64,000 bases of DNA from an uncultured Acidimicrobiaceae bacterium. GTDB taxonomy: Bacteria; Actinomycetota; Acidimicrobiia; Acidimicrobiales; RAAP-2. Below are positions 20,223-30,163 of this stretch, piece by piece; positions within the stretch are counted from its first letter, which is position 1; every line of letters starts with the position of its first letter. The stretch is from positions 32,123-96,122 of the forward strand of contig CAWKGL010000003.1 of assembly GCA_963849155.1 (NCBI GenBank), given 5' to 3'. Below the pieces are notes generated by a model that did not search any database, was not told where the DNA came from, and saw nothing but the letters and a program-made list of their open reading frames with translations. A program made the translations under genes and the position numbers.

Positions 20223-21727
20223 GACTCGACTCCCGCGTTGAGACCGGCCGCCAGCGAGAGCGCCGAAGTGCTGTCCGAGCCTCGACGACCCAAGAGCACC
20301 ACCATCGGACGAGTGAAGTACCACGTGATGAAGATGTCCATCAACGTCGAGAGCCCGAGGAAGAAGGCGAAGCCTCGCACGTCGCCCACCGCGATGACGT
20401 AGAGCAGCACCGCGGCGAGCAGACTCACCGTGTCAGCCGCCAAGACCGTGCGCCAGGCCGACTTGAAACCACGGTCGACCGACGAGCGCACCGAGCGCCC
20501 CGCTCGGGCTTCGTCTTTCAATCGTTCGAAGTACACGATGTAACTGTCCACCGTGATACCAATGGACACGATGAGTCCGGTCACCCCCGCCAGGTCGAAA
20601 CTCGGGGCGAAGGCCGTATGGCCGAGCGCCGAGATTATCGCCCACAACAGGGCCGCGGTCACCCCGAGCCCGAGCACGATCACCAGTCCGAGCGCGCGGT
20701 AGTAGAGGATCGTGTAGAGCAACACGAGGGCGAGGCCCACCAGACCCGCGCCGAGTCCCGCCACCAGGGCGCTGTGGCCGAGGGTCGGCGAGACGGTTTG
20801 GGTCGTCAGGGGGTTCAGTCGCACGGGCAGGGAACCGAACTCCATGGCGAGCGCGAGGTTCTTCGCCGAAGCCTCGGTGAACGATCCCGAGATCTCCCCC
20901 TGGCCGTCAAAGGACGTAAAGGTGGCTTGGGTCGGCTGGATCAACGGTGCGGACTGGACCACGCCGTCGAGTTCGATGGCGAGCAGGGCGTGGAAGTTCT
21001 CGTCGGCGACCTTGTCCCAGAGCGGACTACCGGTCGAGGTGAGGGTGTAGTTGACCACCCATTGACCGATCTGGTTCTGCTGGGCGACCGCGGACTTGAC
21101 CGACTTGCCCGTCAACTCGGCGGGACCGAGGACGTAGCGCGCCGAGTCCTTGGTGGCGCCCAGTGCCGGCAGGATTACGGTGTCCTTGGCGAAGTCGTTC
21201 TGGGGCAGCGTCGTCTTGATGTCCTCGTAGGCGGGGTCCGCGGGGATGTTGTTAGTCGGGTTGCCAGTCGAGGTGTTCACGTCGAGATTCGCCGCCGTGA
21301 GCGCGTAGTTGCTCGCGCACGCCGGGATGTCCGTGGTCGCCTTGGCGTGCTTGGACGCGGGTGGCGTCTCGCAGAGTACGGGGCGGAACAACAACTGCGC
21401 GGTCTGGCCGACCGCCGCGAGTACCGCGCGCGCGTCGGTGACCCCGGGCACGCTCACCACGACATCCTTGCCCTGGAGATTGACCTCCGCTCCCGAGACG
21501 CCGAGTCCGTTCACGCGATTGGTGAGAATCGTCACTACTTCTTGCATGTCGGCCTTGGAGGCGGGTGTCGCGGGTTTGTAGACCACTGAGAGTCCACCAG
21601 CGAGGTCCAGACCGAGCTTGGGTCCCCACCCGAGCGCGAGGGTGACCCCGAGTGAGCCAAACGCGATGACGATCGTGAGGAACAGGCTGACGACGAGTGA
21701 ACGTCGCGATCCAACTTGTTGCGCCAT
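20219..21727 (-). CDS. secD: Protein translocase subunit SecD
   Basis: KLGLDLAGG, AIELDG, FGSLP, VSPTLG, SIGITVDSYIVYFER and VRGFAFFLG. Confidence 0.95.
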   Translation of the reverse strand: MAQQVGSRRSLVVSLFLTIVIAFGSLGVTLALGWGPKLGLDLAGGLSVVYKPATPASKADMQEVVTILTNRVNGLGVSGAEVNLQGKDVVVSVPGVTDARAVLAAVGQTAQLLFRPVLCETPPASKHAKATTDIPACASNYALTAANLDVNTSTGNPTNNIPADPAYEDIKTTLPQNDFAKDTVILPALGATKDSARYVLGPAELTGKSVKSAVAQQNQIGQWVVNYTLTSTGSPLWDKVADENFHALLAIELDGVVQSAPLIQPTQATFTSFDGQGEISGSFTEASAKNLALAMEFGSLPVRLNPLTTQTVSPTLGHSALVAGLGAGLVGLALVLLYTILYYRALGLVIVLGLGVTAALLWAIISALGHTAFAPSFDLAGVTGLIVSIGITVDSYIVYFERLKDEARAGRSVRSSVDRGFKSAWRTVLAADTVSLLAAVLLYVIAVGDVRGFAFFLGLSTLMDIFITWYFTRPMVVLLGRRGSDSTSALSLAAGLNAGVES

Positions 21728-22056
21728 TACTTCTGATCGCCTTCTTGGCTCGTATCGTCGTGGGGCTCGTCAACGGGCACCGGGTCGAATCGTCGCGCGA
21801 TCGCCGAGGGTATGAAGTCCAACTCCACGCCGTTGGGGGTCTTTAGGGTGATGAACTCGTCGGTCATCTTGGTGACCGTGCCCACGAAACCACCGATCGT
21901 CTGGGCACGCTCGCCCACGTCGACCTTCTTTTGGGTCTGACGCGCGGCCTTCTGACGCTTGGAGCGGGGGCGCAGGTAGAAGAAGTAGAGGGCCCCGAAC
22001 ACCAGCACGTAGATGATCAAGATGTAGGACGAACCACCTTTTGCGGCTGCGAGCAT
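21727..22056 (-). CDS. yajC: Preprotein translocase subunit YajC
   Basis: Single TM, then RPRSKRQK and VGERAQTIGGFVGTV. A GGAGG SD precedes ATG 22056; the gene lies directly upstream of secD. Confidence 0.9.
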   Translation of the reverse strand: MLAAAKGGSSYILIIYVLVFGALYFFYLRPRSKRQKAARQTQKKVDVGERAQTIGGFVGTVTKMTDEFITLKTPNGVELDFIPSAIARRFDPVPVDEPHDDTSQEGDQK

Positions 22057-22110
22057 GTGACTTTCCTCCGTCAATAGACAAAGAAACCCTAGTCGCTGGC
22101 GCGCGGGCGC

Positions 22111-23151
22111 CTAGAAAAGACCCCCGGAGCGAGGGTTGATGCCCAGGTGTCGGTACGCCTTTTCGGTACCGACGCGCCCTCGTGGGGTGCGGATGAGCAG
22201 CCCTTCGCGCAAGAGGTACGGCTCGTAGGCGTCCTCGATGGTGGTGGGCTCCTCGCCACAGGCGTGGGCCAGGGTCGTGAGTCCGATCGGTTGATTGGCG
22301 AACTGCCCGCAGAGCAGGGACAGGATGCGCCGGTCGATCTTGTCCAGTCCGTACTCGTCGACGCCGAAGAGCTCGAGCGCCTCGACCGCCACCGCGTCGT
22401 CGACGCGCGCGTGGCCCTGTACCGCGGCGAAGTCGCGAACGCGACGAAGGAGCCGGTTGGCGATGCGCGGCGTGCCGCGGCTGCGCGAGGCGATGATCGT
22501 CGCCGCACTCGCGTCGAGGTCCACCTCGAGCAGCACCGCCGAGCGTTGGGCGATCAGCGCCAATTCGTCGACGTCGTAGAGGTCGAGTTGGCCAATGAAC
22601 CCAAAACGGTCACGAAGCGGCGCCGCGACCAGCCCGGTACGCGTCGTGGCCCCCACCAGCGTGAAGTTCGGCAGGTCGAGTCGGATCGAGCGCGCCGAGG
22701 GACCTCGTCCGATCATCACGTCGAGGCGACGGTCTTCCATCGCGGGATACAGGACCTCTTCGACCGCGCGCGAGAGTCGATGGATCTCGTCGATGAACAA
22801 GACGTCACCGTCGTGCAGGTCGGTGAGCAGCGCCGCGAGGTCGCCGGGACGTGACAGCACGGGACCCGACGTGATGCGAAGACCCGATCCCATCTCGACG
22901 GCCACGATGCTCGCGAGCGAGGTCTTGCCCAGACCCGGGGGTCCGGCGAACAGCAGGTGATCGGCGCTCTGGTTTCGGGCCTTGGCCGAACCCAGGACGA
23001 TCTCGAGGTGACGCACAAGTTCGCGTTGACCCACGAAGGCTTCGAGTGACCCGGGGCGCAAGGACACCTCCGAGCGGCGTTCCTGCTCGCTGGCGACCGG
23101 GGTCACCACGCTGACGCTCAACTGCTCGAGGTCGATGTCGCGTTGGCTCAC
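22111..23151 (-). CDS. ruvB: Holliday junction branch migration helicase RuvB
   Basis: LRP..FVGQ, GPPGLGKT, FIDEIHRL, GATTRTG, LRDRFG and RGTPRIANRLLRRVRD. Confidence 0.97.
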   Translation of the reverse strand: MSQRDIDLEQLSVSVVTPVASEQERRSEVSLRPGSLEAFVGQRELVRHLEIVLGSAKARNQSADHLLFAGPPGLGKTSLASIVAVEMGSGLRITSGPVLSRPGDLAALLTDLHDGDVLFIDEIHRLSRAVEEVLYPAMEDRRLDVMIGRGPSARSIRLDLPNFTLVGATTRTGLVAAPLRDRFGFIGQLDLYDVDELALIAQRSAVLLEVDLDASAATIIASRSRGTPRIANRLLRRVRDFAAVQGHARVDDAVAVEALELFGVDEYGLDKIDRRILSLLCGQFANQPIGLTTLAHACGEEPTTIEDAYEPYLLREGLLIRTPRGRVGTEKAYRHLGINPRSGGLF

Positions 23152-23717
23152 GGGCGTCGCAATCGTGACAGCGCCAGGCGCAACGCCTCGGCCTCGTCGT
23201 CGGGCAGGGTCACCCCGTCGAGGGCTTGGCGGATCTCCTGGGCGGCGTAGCCCAGTCCGCGCAGGGCCTCGTCAATCTCACCGGGAATCGAGAGCGCCGC
23301 GCCCTCGGGGTTGAGGTCGCCCACGACGAGCTTGCCCTTCAGTTCGAGCACGATGCGACTGGCGGTCTTGGCCCCGATGCCCGGGATGGTCGCCACTCGC
23401 TTGACGTCCCCGTTCTCGATGGCCCCCGCCAACTCGGCGATGCTCATGGTGCGAAGCGCCGCCAGCGCCGTCGAAGGCCCGACACCCGGCGTGATCAACA
23501 ACAACTCGAAGAACTCGCGGTCCGCGTACGAGTCGAAACCGTAGAGTTGGATCGCGTCGGCGCGCACGACCGTGTAGACGAACAGGGCGACCTCCTCGCC
23601 AACCCGATAACTCGCCGACGAGCTCACGGCGAGTTCGTAGCCCACGCCGTTGACGTCAAGCACGATCGCACCGTTCAGGTGCTGATGCACCACGCGACCG
23701 CTCAACCAGCCGATCAC
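23148..23717 (-). CDS. ruvA: Holliday junction branch migration protein RuvA
   Basis: IGWLSG, VNGVGYE, LYGF, PGVGP and PGIGAKTASRIVLELK. GTG 23717 overlaps the ruvC stop. Confidence 0.95.
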   Translation of the reverse strand: MIGWLSGRVVHQHLNGAIVLDVNGVGYELAVSSSASYRVGEEVALFVYTVVRADAIQLYGFDSYADREFFELLLITPGVGPSTALAALRTMSIAELAGAIENGDVKRVATIPGIGAKTASRIVLELKGKLVVGDLNPEGAALSIPGEIDEALRGLGYAAQEIRQALDGVTLPDDEAEALRLALSRLRRP

Positions 23718-24226
23718 GTCGGACTCGTCTGTGGGTAGCGCTGCTCGGTACGCACGACCATGAAATAGGTGATCGCGAGCGCCAGGGCGTCGGCGACGTC
23801 GGCCGGTTCGGGCACGTCGCGCAAGCCGCACAGTCGCGTGACCATGCCCTGGACCTGGGACTTGCTCGCCGCCCCGTAACCGGTCACCGCGAGTTTCACC
23901 TGCTGGGCGGTGAACTGGCGTACCGTCAGGTCACTGGCCCCCGCGAGCGCCACCGCCACGCCACTGGCCTGGGCGACGGGAATCGCGGTCTTGGCGTTTC
24001 GTTGGTAGAAGACGCGCTCGACCACGACCGCGTCGACGGTCATCTGGCTCAACAACGTACGCAGTTCGACGAGCAACTGGCCGAGGCGGCGCTCGACGGT
24101 TTCGTGCGGGTCGGTCTCGACGACCCCCGCGCGCACGGCCCGAAAGGACTCGAGACCCTCGAACGAGCCCTCCACCAGCCCAAAGCCGCACCGGGTCAGT
24201 CCGGGGTCGATACCGAGTACGAACAT
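23714..24226 (-). CDS. ruvC: Crossover junction endodeoxyribonuclease RuvC
   Basis: LGIDPGLTRCGFG, VERVF, VKLAVTGYGAASKSQV and DVADALALA. Confidence 0.96.
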   Translation of the reverse strand: MFVLGIDPGLTRCGFGLVEGSFEGLESFRAVRAGVVETDPHETVERRLGQLLVELRTLLSQMTVDAVVVERVFYQRNAKTAIPVAQASGVAVALAGASDLTVRQFTAQQVKLAVTGYGAASKSQVQGMVTRLCGLRDVPEPADVADALALAITYFMVVRTEQRYPQTSPT

Positions 24227-24234
24227 ACGTTCGA
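24219..24234. promoter_or_regulatory. LexA (SOS) box overlapping the ruvC start codon
   Basis: On the minus strand TCGAAC-GTAT-GTTCGT matches the actinobacterial consensus TCGAAC-N4-GTTCGA. A -10-like TAGTAT (24239-24234) lies 7 nt upstream of the ATG. Confidence 0.85.
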
Positions 24235-24265
24235 TACTACCGTGCCGCCGGGCAAAGAAAGGGTT

Positions 24266-25015
24266 TTAACCCTCGAACGAACTGAGGATCTCGTCAGGGA
24301 TGTCGAAATTGGCGTAGATGTTCTGGACGTCGTCGTGCTCGTCGATCGCGTCCATGAGCCGAAGGATCTTCTTGGCTTCCCCCTCGTCCTCGACCTCGAT
24401 GACGTTCTGGGGCACGAGGGTGAGGTCGGCGCTGAGTACCGTCGCCCCGAGCGTCTCCAGGGCGTCGCGCACCGACGCGACGTCGTGGGGTTCGGTCGTC
24501 ACGAGGTAGTTCTCGCCCTGGGCGCTGAAGTTCTCCCCACCCGCCTCGAGCACCCACTCGAGCAACTGGTCCTCGTCGAGTGGACCCTTCACCTCGACCA
24601 CGCCCTTGCGGTCGAACTGCCAGGAGACCGCCCCGGGCTCGGCGATGGTCCCGCCGTTCCTCGCGAACACGTGCTTGATCTCGGCGCTCGTGCGGTTGCG
24701 GTTGTCCGAAAGGGTCTCGACGATGACCGCGACTCCTCCGGGCGCGTAACCCTCGTAGGAGATGGGCTCGTAGCGCACGCCCTCGAGCTCACCCGTGCCG
24801 CGCTTGATCGCGCGCTCGATGGTATCGATCGGTACCGACGCCTCGCGAGCCTTCTGGAACATCGTGCGCAGGCTCGCGTTGGTCGCGGGATCGCCCCCGC
24901 CCTCGCGCGCGGCGACCTCGACTTGGCGGATCAGCTTGGCGAAGACCTTGGCGCGAGCGCTGTCCTTGGCGCCCTTTCGGTGCTTGGTCGTTGCCCACTT
25001 GGAATGGCCGGACAT
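24266..25015 (-). CDS. yebC: YebC/PmpR family protein
   Basis: MSGHSKWATTKHRKG, YEGYAPGGVA, DNRNRT and DDVQNIYAN. A GGAGG SD precedes ATG 25015. Confidence 0.96.
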   Translation of the reverse strand: MSGHSKWATTKHRKGAKDSARAKVFAKLIRQVEVAAREGGGDPATNASLRTMFQKAREASVPIDTIERAIKRGTGELEGVRYEPISYEGYAPGGVAVIVETLSDNRNRTSAEIKHVFARNGGTIAEPGAVSWQFDRKGVVEVKGPLDEDQLLEWVLEAGGENFSAQGENYLVTTEPHDVASVRDALETLGATVLSADLTLVPQNVIEVEDEGEAKKILRLMDAIDEHDDVQNIYANFDIPDEILSSFEG

Positions 25016-25055
25016 GTTGCCTCCTACCCCGTAGGGCATTCGTATGGTATCGAAC

Positions 25056-25634
25056 TCACAGCGAGTCGGCGAAAAGCCGGTGGATGCGCCGGTCACTGGT
25101 GAGTTCGGGATGGAACGAGCAGCCCCAGACATTTGCTTGACGCACGAGCACCGCGTGTGCTCCGTCGCCGTGATCGAGTGTGGCGAGGACCTCAACGTCG
25201 TCGGCGTAGGCCTCGATCTTGGGGGCGCGAATGAAGACCCCGGCGACGACGCCGAGTCCCGCGACCTGGACGGGGCTCTCGAAACTCGCGATCTGGCGGC
25301 CGTAGCCGTTGCGTCGCACCGACACGTCGAGCTTCTCGAAGCTCCACTGGTCCGCTCGCCCGTCGAGGATGACGCGGCTCACCATGATCAGGCCCGCGCA
25401 GGTGCCGAACACCTTGAACCCGTCGTCCAGTCGCTGCTGTAGCACCGGTCGCAGTCCCGAGGTCACGAGCAGATGGGCAATGGTCGTCGACTCGCCTCCG
25501 GGCATCACGAGTCCGTCGAGTCCCTCGAGTTGCTCGGGTGTACGTACCGTCACCGCGGTGACGCCGATCTCGCCCAACGCCGCGACGTGCTCGCGTACGT
25601 CGCCCTGGAGGGCGAGTACGCCAACGCGCGGCAC
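25056..25634 (-). CDS. pdxT: Pyridoxal 5'-phosphate synthase glutaminase subunit
   Basis: GVLALQGDVREH, PGGESTT, GTCAGLI, RRNGYGRQ, FIRAP and FHPEL. Confidence 0.96.
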   Translation of the reverse strand: MPRVGVLALQGDVREHVAALGEIGVTAVTVRTPEQLEGLDGLVMPGGESTTIAHLLVTSGLRPVLQQRLDDGFKVFGTCAGLIMVSRVILDGRADQWSFEKLDVSVRRNGYGRQIASFESPVQVAGLGVVAGVFIRAPKIEAYADDVEVLATLDHGDGAHAVLVRQANVWGCSFHPELTSDRRIHRLFADSL

Positions 25635-26530
25635 TACCAGCCGCGCTCGGCGAGACGTACCTCGAGGGTCGAGGTCTCGGCCCCGACCATGGCCTTGCCC
25701 AATCCGGTCGAGACCTTGGCGACCACGCCCGGGTCCTCGAAGTGCGTCGTCGCCTCGACGATCGCACGCGCCATGCGCACCGGGTCCTCGCTCTTGAAGA
25801 TCCCCGAACCCACGAAGACCGCCTCGGCGCCGAGTTGCATGACCAGTGACGCGTCCGCGGGCGTCGAGATCCCGCCCGCGCAGAACATCGGCACGGGCAA
25901 CGTGCCGGTGGCGGCGACCTCTTGGACCAGCGCGAGTGGCGCGGCGAGGTCCTTGGCGAACGCGAAGAGTTCGGCTTCGTCGGCACTCGCCAGGCGACGC
26001 ATCTGGGCGTTGATCGTGCGAAGGTGTCGCACGGCCTCGACGACGTTGCCCGTCCCCGCCTCACCCTTGGAACGTATGAGACAAGCCCCCTCGCCAACGC
26101 GGCGCAGCGCCTCGCCCAGATTGGTCGCGCCGCAGACGAACGGGACGGTGAAGGCCCACTTGTCGATGTGGTGCTCCTCGTCGGCCGGGGTCAGCACCTC
26201 GGACTCGTCGATGTAGTCCACGTCCAGGGCCTGGAGGATCTGCGCCTCGGCGAAGTGGCCAATACGGGCCTTGGCCATCACCGGGATGGTCACGCTCGCC
26301 TGGATCTCCTGGATCATCTCGGGGTCGCTCATGCGAGCGACGCCCCCGTCACGGCGTATGTCCGAGGGCACCCGCTCGAGGGCCATCACCGCGACCGCGC
26401 CGGCGTCTTCGGCGACCTTGGCCTGTTCGGGGTTGACCACGTCCATGATCACGCCACCGCGCAACATGTCGGCGAGTCCTCGTTTGACGAGGGCCGAACC
26501 AACAATCGAGGGGTTTGTCGTTGAACTCAT
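25634..26530 (-). CDS. pdxS: Pyridoxal 5'-phosphate synthase lyase subunit
   Basis: [39 protein letters not shown] and [11 protein letters not shown]. Confidence 0.97.
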   Translation of the reverse strand: MSSTTNPSIVGSALVKRGLADMLRGGVIMDVVNPEQAKVAEDAGAVAVMALERVPSDIRRDGGVARMSDPEMIQEIQASVTIPVMAKARIGHFAEAQILQALDVDYIDESEVLTPADEEHHIDKWAFTVPFVCGATNLGEALRRVGEGACLIRSKGEAGTGNVVEAVRHLRTINAQMRRLASADEAELFAFAKDLAAPLALVQEVAATGTLPVPMFCAGGISTPADASLVMQLGAEAVFVGSGIFKSEDPVRMARAIVEATTHFEDPGVVAKVSTGLGKAMVGAETSTLEVRLAERGW

Positions 26531-26550
26531 GACCCCAGCCTAATGGCCCC

Positions 26551-27450
26551 TTACCATTCGTCCAGGGCGAGCGCGCGCAACTCGACGTCGTCGAGGTCGC
26601 CCAGGTCGGGCGTGGTGCGATCACCCCAGATGTCGAACCAGATCCAGCGCCAGGTTCCGTAGGTGGCACTCGAGAAGAACGAACCGGGTTCGTTCACGTG
26701 ACGAGAGCACTTGCGAAGGGCGTTGGCGAGTCCCTGGGGGTAGCGGATCGCCGCGGCGGCGACCTCGTCGGCCCGGTAGGCGCTGCCCGCGCCCGCGAGG
26801 TTCCGTCGCGCGTCGTCACTCATGTTCACCACCGAGGCAACCGCCTCGCGACTCAGCAGGCCCAAGCGGTGACGCGCGAGGCAGTGCGCCACGACACCCT
26901 CGATCTCGATGAGCTCGAAGTCATGCATCATCGCGCTCGTCACGAACATCGACAGCGAGGTTCCGTTGGGCACCAGCGCGGCGTTGTAGCCGGTCTCGTC
27001 GATGATGAACGCCGAGACCCCGTCGACCCCGAAGGTCGCGGTGAGCCGGTCGAGCACGGTGATGAGCCGCTGGCGATCGACCGAGGTCCCGCCGGCGTGA
27101 AAGACCTCGAGCATCGAGTTCGCCAGGGTTTGTCCGCGCTTCTCGAAGCGAACGAGTGCGCGTCGCAGGTCCCAGAAGTACAACGCGGCGACCGCGACGC
27201 CCACCGCGGGAAGCCACGGCACCACGACGACGCCCACCACGAGGGCGAGGGACACCACGCCGACGAGAATGCTCTGGGGCAACTTTCGTCGCAGGGCGAA
27301 GACGCGCACCGCGCGCTGGTTCGCGTGACGCTCGGCCGTGGTGGGAGCGTAGGGATTCTGCCAGCCCGGGTCCAGTACCGGCGCCACGTAACGCGGTTCG
27401 CGATCACGCGAGTTGTTGCGACGAGGACGCGAACGTTGCTTGGTGGGCAT
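26551..27450 (-). CDS. Membrane protein with a degenerate (inactive) M48/HtpX-like domain
   Basis: Two TM helices, then a segment resembling HtpX (NA..., EIEGVVAH, YRAD..AA....P.GLA.AL.K), but HExxH reads HCLAR. The start is uncertain (27450 or 27537). Confidence 0.6.
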   Translation of the reverse strand: MPTKQRSRPRRNNSRDREPRYVAPVLDPGWQNPYAPTTAERHANQRAVRVFALRRKLPQSILVGVVSLALVVGVVVVPWLPAVGVAVAALYFWDLRRALVRFEKRGQTLANSMLEVFHAGGTSVDRQRLITVLDRLTATFGVDGVSAFIIDETGYNAALVPNGTSLSMFVTSAMMHDFELIEIEGVVAHCLARHRLGLLSREAVASVVNMSDDARRNLAGAGSAYRADEVAAAAIRYPQGLANALRKCSRHVNEPGSFFSSATYGTWRWIWFDIWGDRTTPDLGDLDDVELRALALDEW

Positions 27451-27458
27451 ACCCAAGG

Positions 27459-28565
27459 TTACCGCGAAGACTTGAAACGACTGCGCGCCTCGGCGTAGAG
27501 CTCGAGGTACGCGTCGACGAGGCGTCGCATCGACCACTGCTCGGCGTACTCGCGGGCCGGCGCGAACTGCGCGTCGGCGTCGCGAGCAACGGCCACGATC
27601 AGCGCCCGCTCGAGGGCCTCGGCGTCACCCGGCGCGAAGAGCACGGCGTGGGCGCCGGCCGCTTCGCGGTACCCGGTGATGTCGCTCGCCACGACCACCG
27701 TCTCACTCGCCATGCCCTCGAGCAGGGTCAGCCCGAAGCTCTCGCCGCGCAGCGCGGGCGCGACCAACGCGTTCGCGCGACGCAGCCAGGCCCTCTTGGC
27801 ATCGTCCGCGACGGCACCGGCGAACACGATCATCTCGTCGTGACCCGCGCGTGCCTCGAGGCGCGCGCGCTCGGGCCCGTCGCCGATCACGACGAGTCGC
27901 CACTGATCGCGGTCGCGAGCGTTGTGGGCGCGCACGGCGTCAATGGCGACGGCCACGCCCTTGCGGTCCTCGAGGCGCCCCACGCAGACGAACACGACCT
28001 CACTCGAGCGTTCCCTCGGCGTCGCGACGAAGCGGTCCGTTTCGAAGCCGTTGAACAACACCGTCGCCTCGATGTTCGCGGCCCGTCCAATCGTCTCGGC
28101 GGCGGACTCGCTCACGGCGCTCGCGACGTCTAGACCCCTCGCGAGTGTTCGCAACAAGGGCGCCGTCAGCGTCAGGGCGGGGCCGGACCCGTTGCGATGA
28201 AACGTCGCCACGCTGGGCGCCGCGTGTCGACGCAACGTCGACCAACCAAGAAGTGGAGCGAACGGTTCATGAAAATGCACGACGTCGGGCCCGAAGTCGA
28301 CGATGGTGTCGCGCGCTGACCTCGACGCGCGCGTCGACAGCGTGAGCGGTGCGCGCGATCCGTTGGCCGGCAGTGAGAGCCGCGTGCCAAAGCGCCGCAG
28401 CGTCGCGGGCGTGTCGTACTCGCTCGTGTCGGCGTCGTCGGGTGCGACGATCAGCACGTCCACGTCGCGGCGAGCGAGTTCACGACTCATGGCGAGCACC
28501 TGTTCTTGCACCCCGCCGTACACACTTAAGGCGTAGGGCGACACCAGCGCGACGCGAGTGGTCAC
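27459..28565 (-). CDS. pimA: Phosphatidyl-myo-inositol alpha-mannosyltransferase (GT4, PimA-like)
   Basis: VSPYALSVYGGVQEQV, SLPANGSRA, HFHEP, RKG and GESFGLTLLEGMA; follows pgsA-patA. Confidence 0.88.
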   Translation of the reverse strand: MTTRVALVSPYALSVYGGVQEQVLAMSRELARRDVDVLIVAPDDADTSEYDTPATLRRFGTRLSLPANGSRAPLTLSTRASRSARDTIVDFGPDVVHFHEPFAPLLGWSTLRRHAAPSVATFHRNGSGPALTLTAPLLRTLARGLDVASAVSESAAETIGRAANIEATVLFNGFETDRFVATPRERSSEVVFVCVGRLEDRKGVAVAIDAVRAHNARDRDQWRLVVIGDGPERARLEARAGHDEMIVFAGAVADDAKRAWLRRANALVAPALRGESFGLTLLEGMASETVVVASDITGYREAAGAHAVLFAPGDAEALERALIVAVARDADAQFAPAREYAEQWSMRRLVDAYLELYAEARSRFKSSR

Positions 28566-29440
28566 GCCTCGAACCGGGGCTGGAGCACGTGCCACTGTTC
28601 GGGGGCCCGACGGATCAGTCCCTCGAGGTCGTGCGCGATCAACTGGGTCACCCGGGTGACGTCCTCGCGCAGACGACCGGTTCGTTGCGTGGCGATGGGC
28701 GCGGTGACGACCGCGAAGTGGTCGCGTCCGGGTCCCGAGTAGCACGCCGCGCACACCAGTGTCGCGCCGGTACGAAGCGCCAGGGTCGCCGGACCCGCCG
28801 GGATGCGCAGGCGCTCGCCGAAGAACTCGACCTCGACGCCGTTGTCCTGCAAGTCGCGGTCACAGAGCAGACCCACGACGCCCCCTTCGCGTAGCACCTG
28901 GAGCAACACGGTGCCGGCGTGGGCGTCGAGTGGTTCGATCTTGATGCCGATCGACTCGCGCTTCTTTCGAAACCAGTCGAACAGTTCGGGTGGATCGAGT
29001 TCCTCGGCGACCGCGGTCATACCGAGGTCGAGGGTGGCGAGGAACGCGCCGCCCCACTCCCAGCTGCCGACGTGGGGCAGCGCGATGACGATCCCCTGGC
29101 CCCGCGCCTTGGCGTCGAGCAGGTGCTCGAGACCTTCGCCGATCTTGAACCGGTCGACGATGACCGAGCGTCGAAGTCCGGGTAACTTCGCGCCCTCGGC
29201 CCAGTAGCGTCCGTAGCTCGCGAAGCCGCGCTCGACGAAGCGATCCACCAGCGCGGGTGACACCGGCGAGCCCTCCTCGACCAGCGCGTGGGTCACGTTC
29301 ACGCGCAGGTTCGACGCCGCTGCGGAGTTGCGCCGTCCGACGAGTGCGGCGATCCGGCTCGCCACGGCGACGTCAACGCGCTCGGGCAGCTTCTCGAGCA
29401 GCGTGCCGAGCGACTTGAACAGTACGACGCGCGCGTTCAC
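28562..29440 (-). CDS. Phosphatidylinositol mannoside acyltransferase (PatA, lipid A lauroyl acyltransferase family)
   Basis: SYGRYWAE, ALPHVGSWEWGG, LLCDRDL and VEVEFFGE..RIPAGPA; lies between pgsA and pimA. Confidence 0.88.
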   Translation of the reverse strand: MNARVVLFKSLGTLLEKLPERVDVAVASRIAALVGRRNSAAASNLRVNVTHALVEEGSPVSPALVDRFVERGFASYGRYWAEGAKLPGLRRSVIVDRFKIGEGLEHLLDAKARGQGIVIALPHVGSWEWGGAFLATLDLGMTAVAEELDPPELFDWFRKKRESIGIKIEPLDAHAGTVLLQVLREGGVVGLLCDRDLQDNGVEVEFFGERLRIPAGPATLALRTGATLVCAACYSGPGRDHFAVVTAPIATQRTGRLREDVTRVTQLIAHDLEGLIRRAPEQWHVLQPRFEA

Positions 29441-29447
29441 CGGCGCC

Positions 29448-30110
29448 CTAGTGGCGAGACGTACGACTGAGTCCCCGTCGTAGCCGATTCGCCTGGAGGT
29501 GGCGCATCGACGCGGCCTGGGTTGGCTCGGGCGCCGCGGCGATCTGCCAGACGCGCCAGAAGCGACCCGCGGCGGTCATCGCGGTCAGCGCGAGGATCAG
29601 CCAGAGACCCGCGATGAAGATCGGGGCCCAGAGCATCGCCGCGCCGAGCAGGACCATGCGTTCGGCGCGTTCCATGAGCCCACCCTTGGCCTTCAAGCCC
29701 AGGCTCTCGGCCTTGGAACGCTGATAGGAGATCATGAAGGTCGTCGTGAGGATGGCGAAGGGCAGCAACACCAGTTGACCGTGGTGGCGCGCGACGAGGT
29801 AGAACGCCACCCCACCCATCAAGACCGCGTCGGAAAGTCGGTCCACCACCGAATCGAAGAAGCTGCCGCGCTGGCTCGCGCGGTGCGAGGCCTTGGCGAC
29901 CGGACCGTCAAAGAGGTCGTGGAACCCGGTAAGGGTGAGCAGCACGATCGCGAGGTAGAAGTATCCCGCCCCGATCGCCCACGCCGTGGCGCAGGCGAAC
30001 ACGAGGCCCGACGCGGTCAACACGTCGGCCGAAAAACCGATTCGAACCAGCCAGCGCCCGACGGGTGCGGTGACCGCGTCTACTGACTTGCGAAAATTTC
30101 CGTCAAGCAT
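29448..30110 (-). CDS. pgsA: CDP-alcohol phosphatidyltransferase (phosphatidylinositol phosphate synthase)
   Basis: D..DG.VA...G.F.DSVVDR motif, SYQRSKAESLG and GLMERAER. A GGAGG SD precedes ATG 30110. Confidence 0.88.
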   Translation of the reverse strand: MLDGNFRKSVDAVTAPVGRWLVRIGFSADVLTASGLVFACATAWAIGAGYFYLAIVLLTLTGFHDLFDGPVAKASHRASQRGSFFDSVVDRLSDAVLMGGVAFYLVARHHGQLVLLPFAILTTTFMISYQRSKAESLGLKAKGGLMERAERMVLLGAAMLWAPIFIAGLWLILALTAMTAAGRFWRVWQIAAAPEPTQAASMRHLQANRLRRGLSRTSRH

Positions 30111-30163
30111 TGATCCTCCGGACCCTTGCGCCAAAGTCTAACGGCACGTTACGAACCGGGTGG

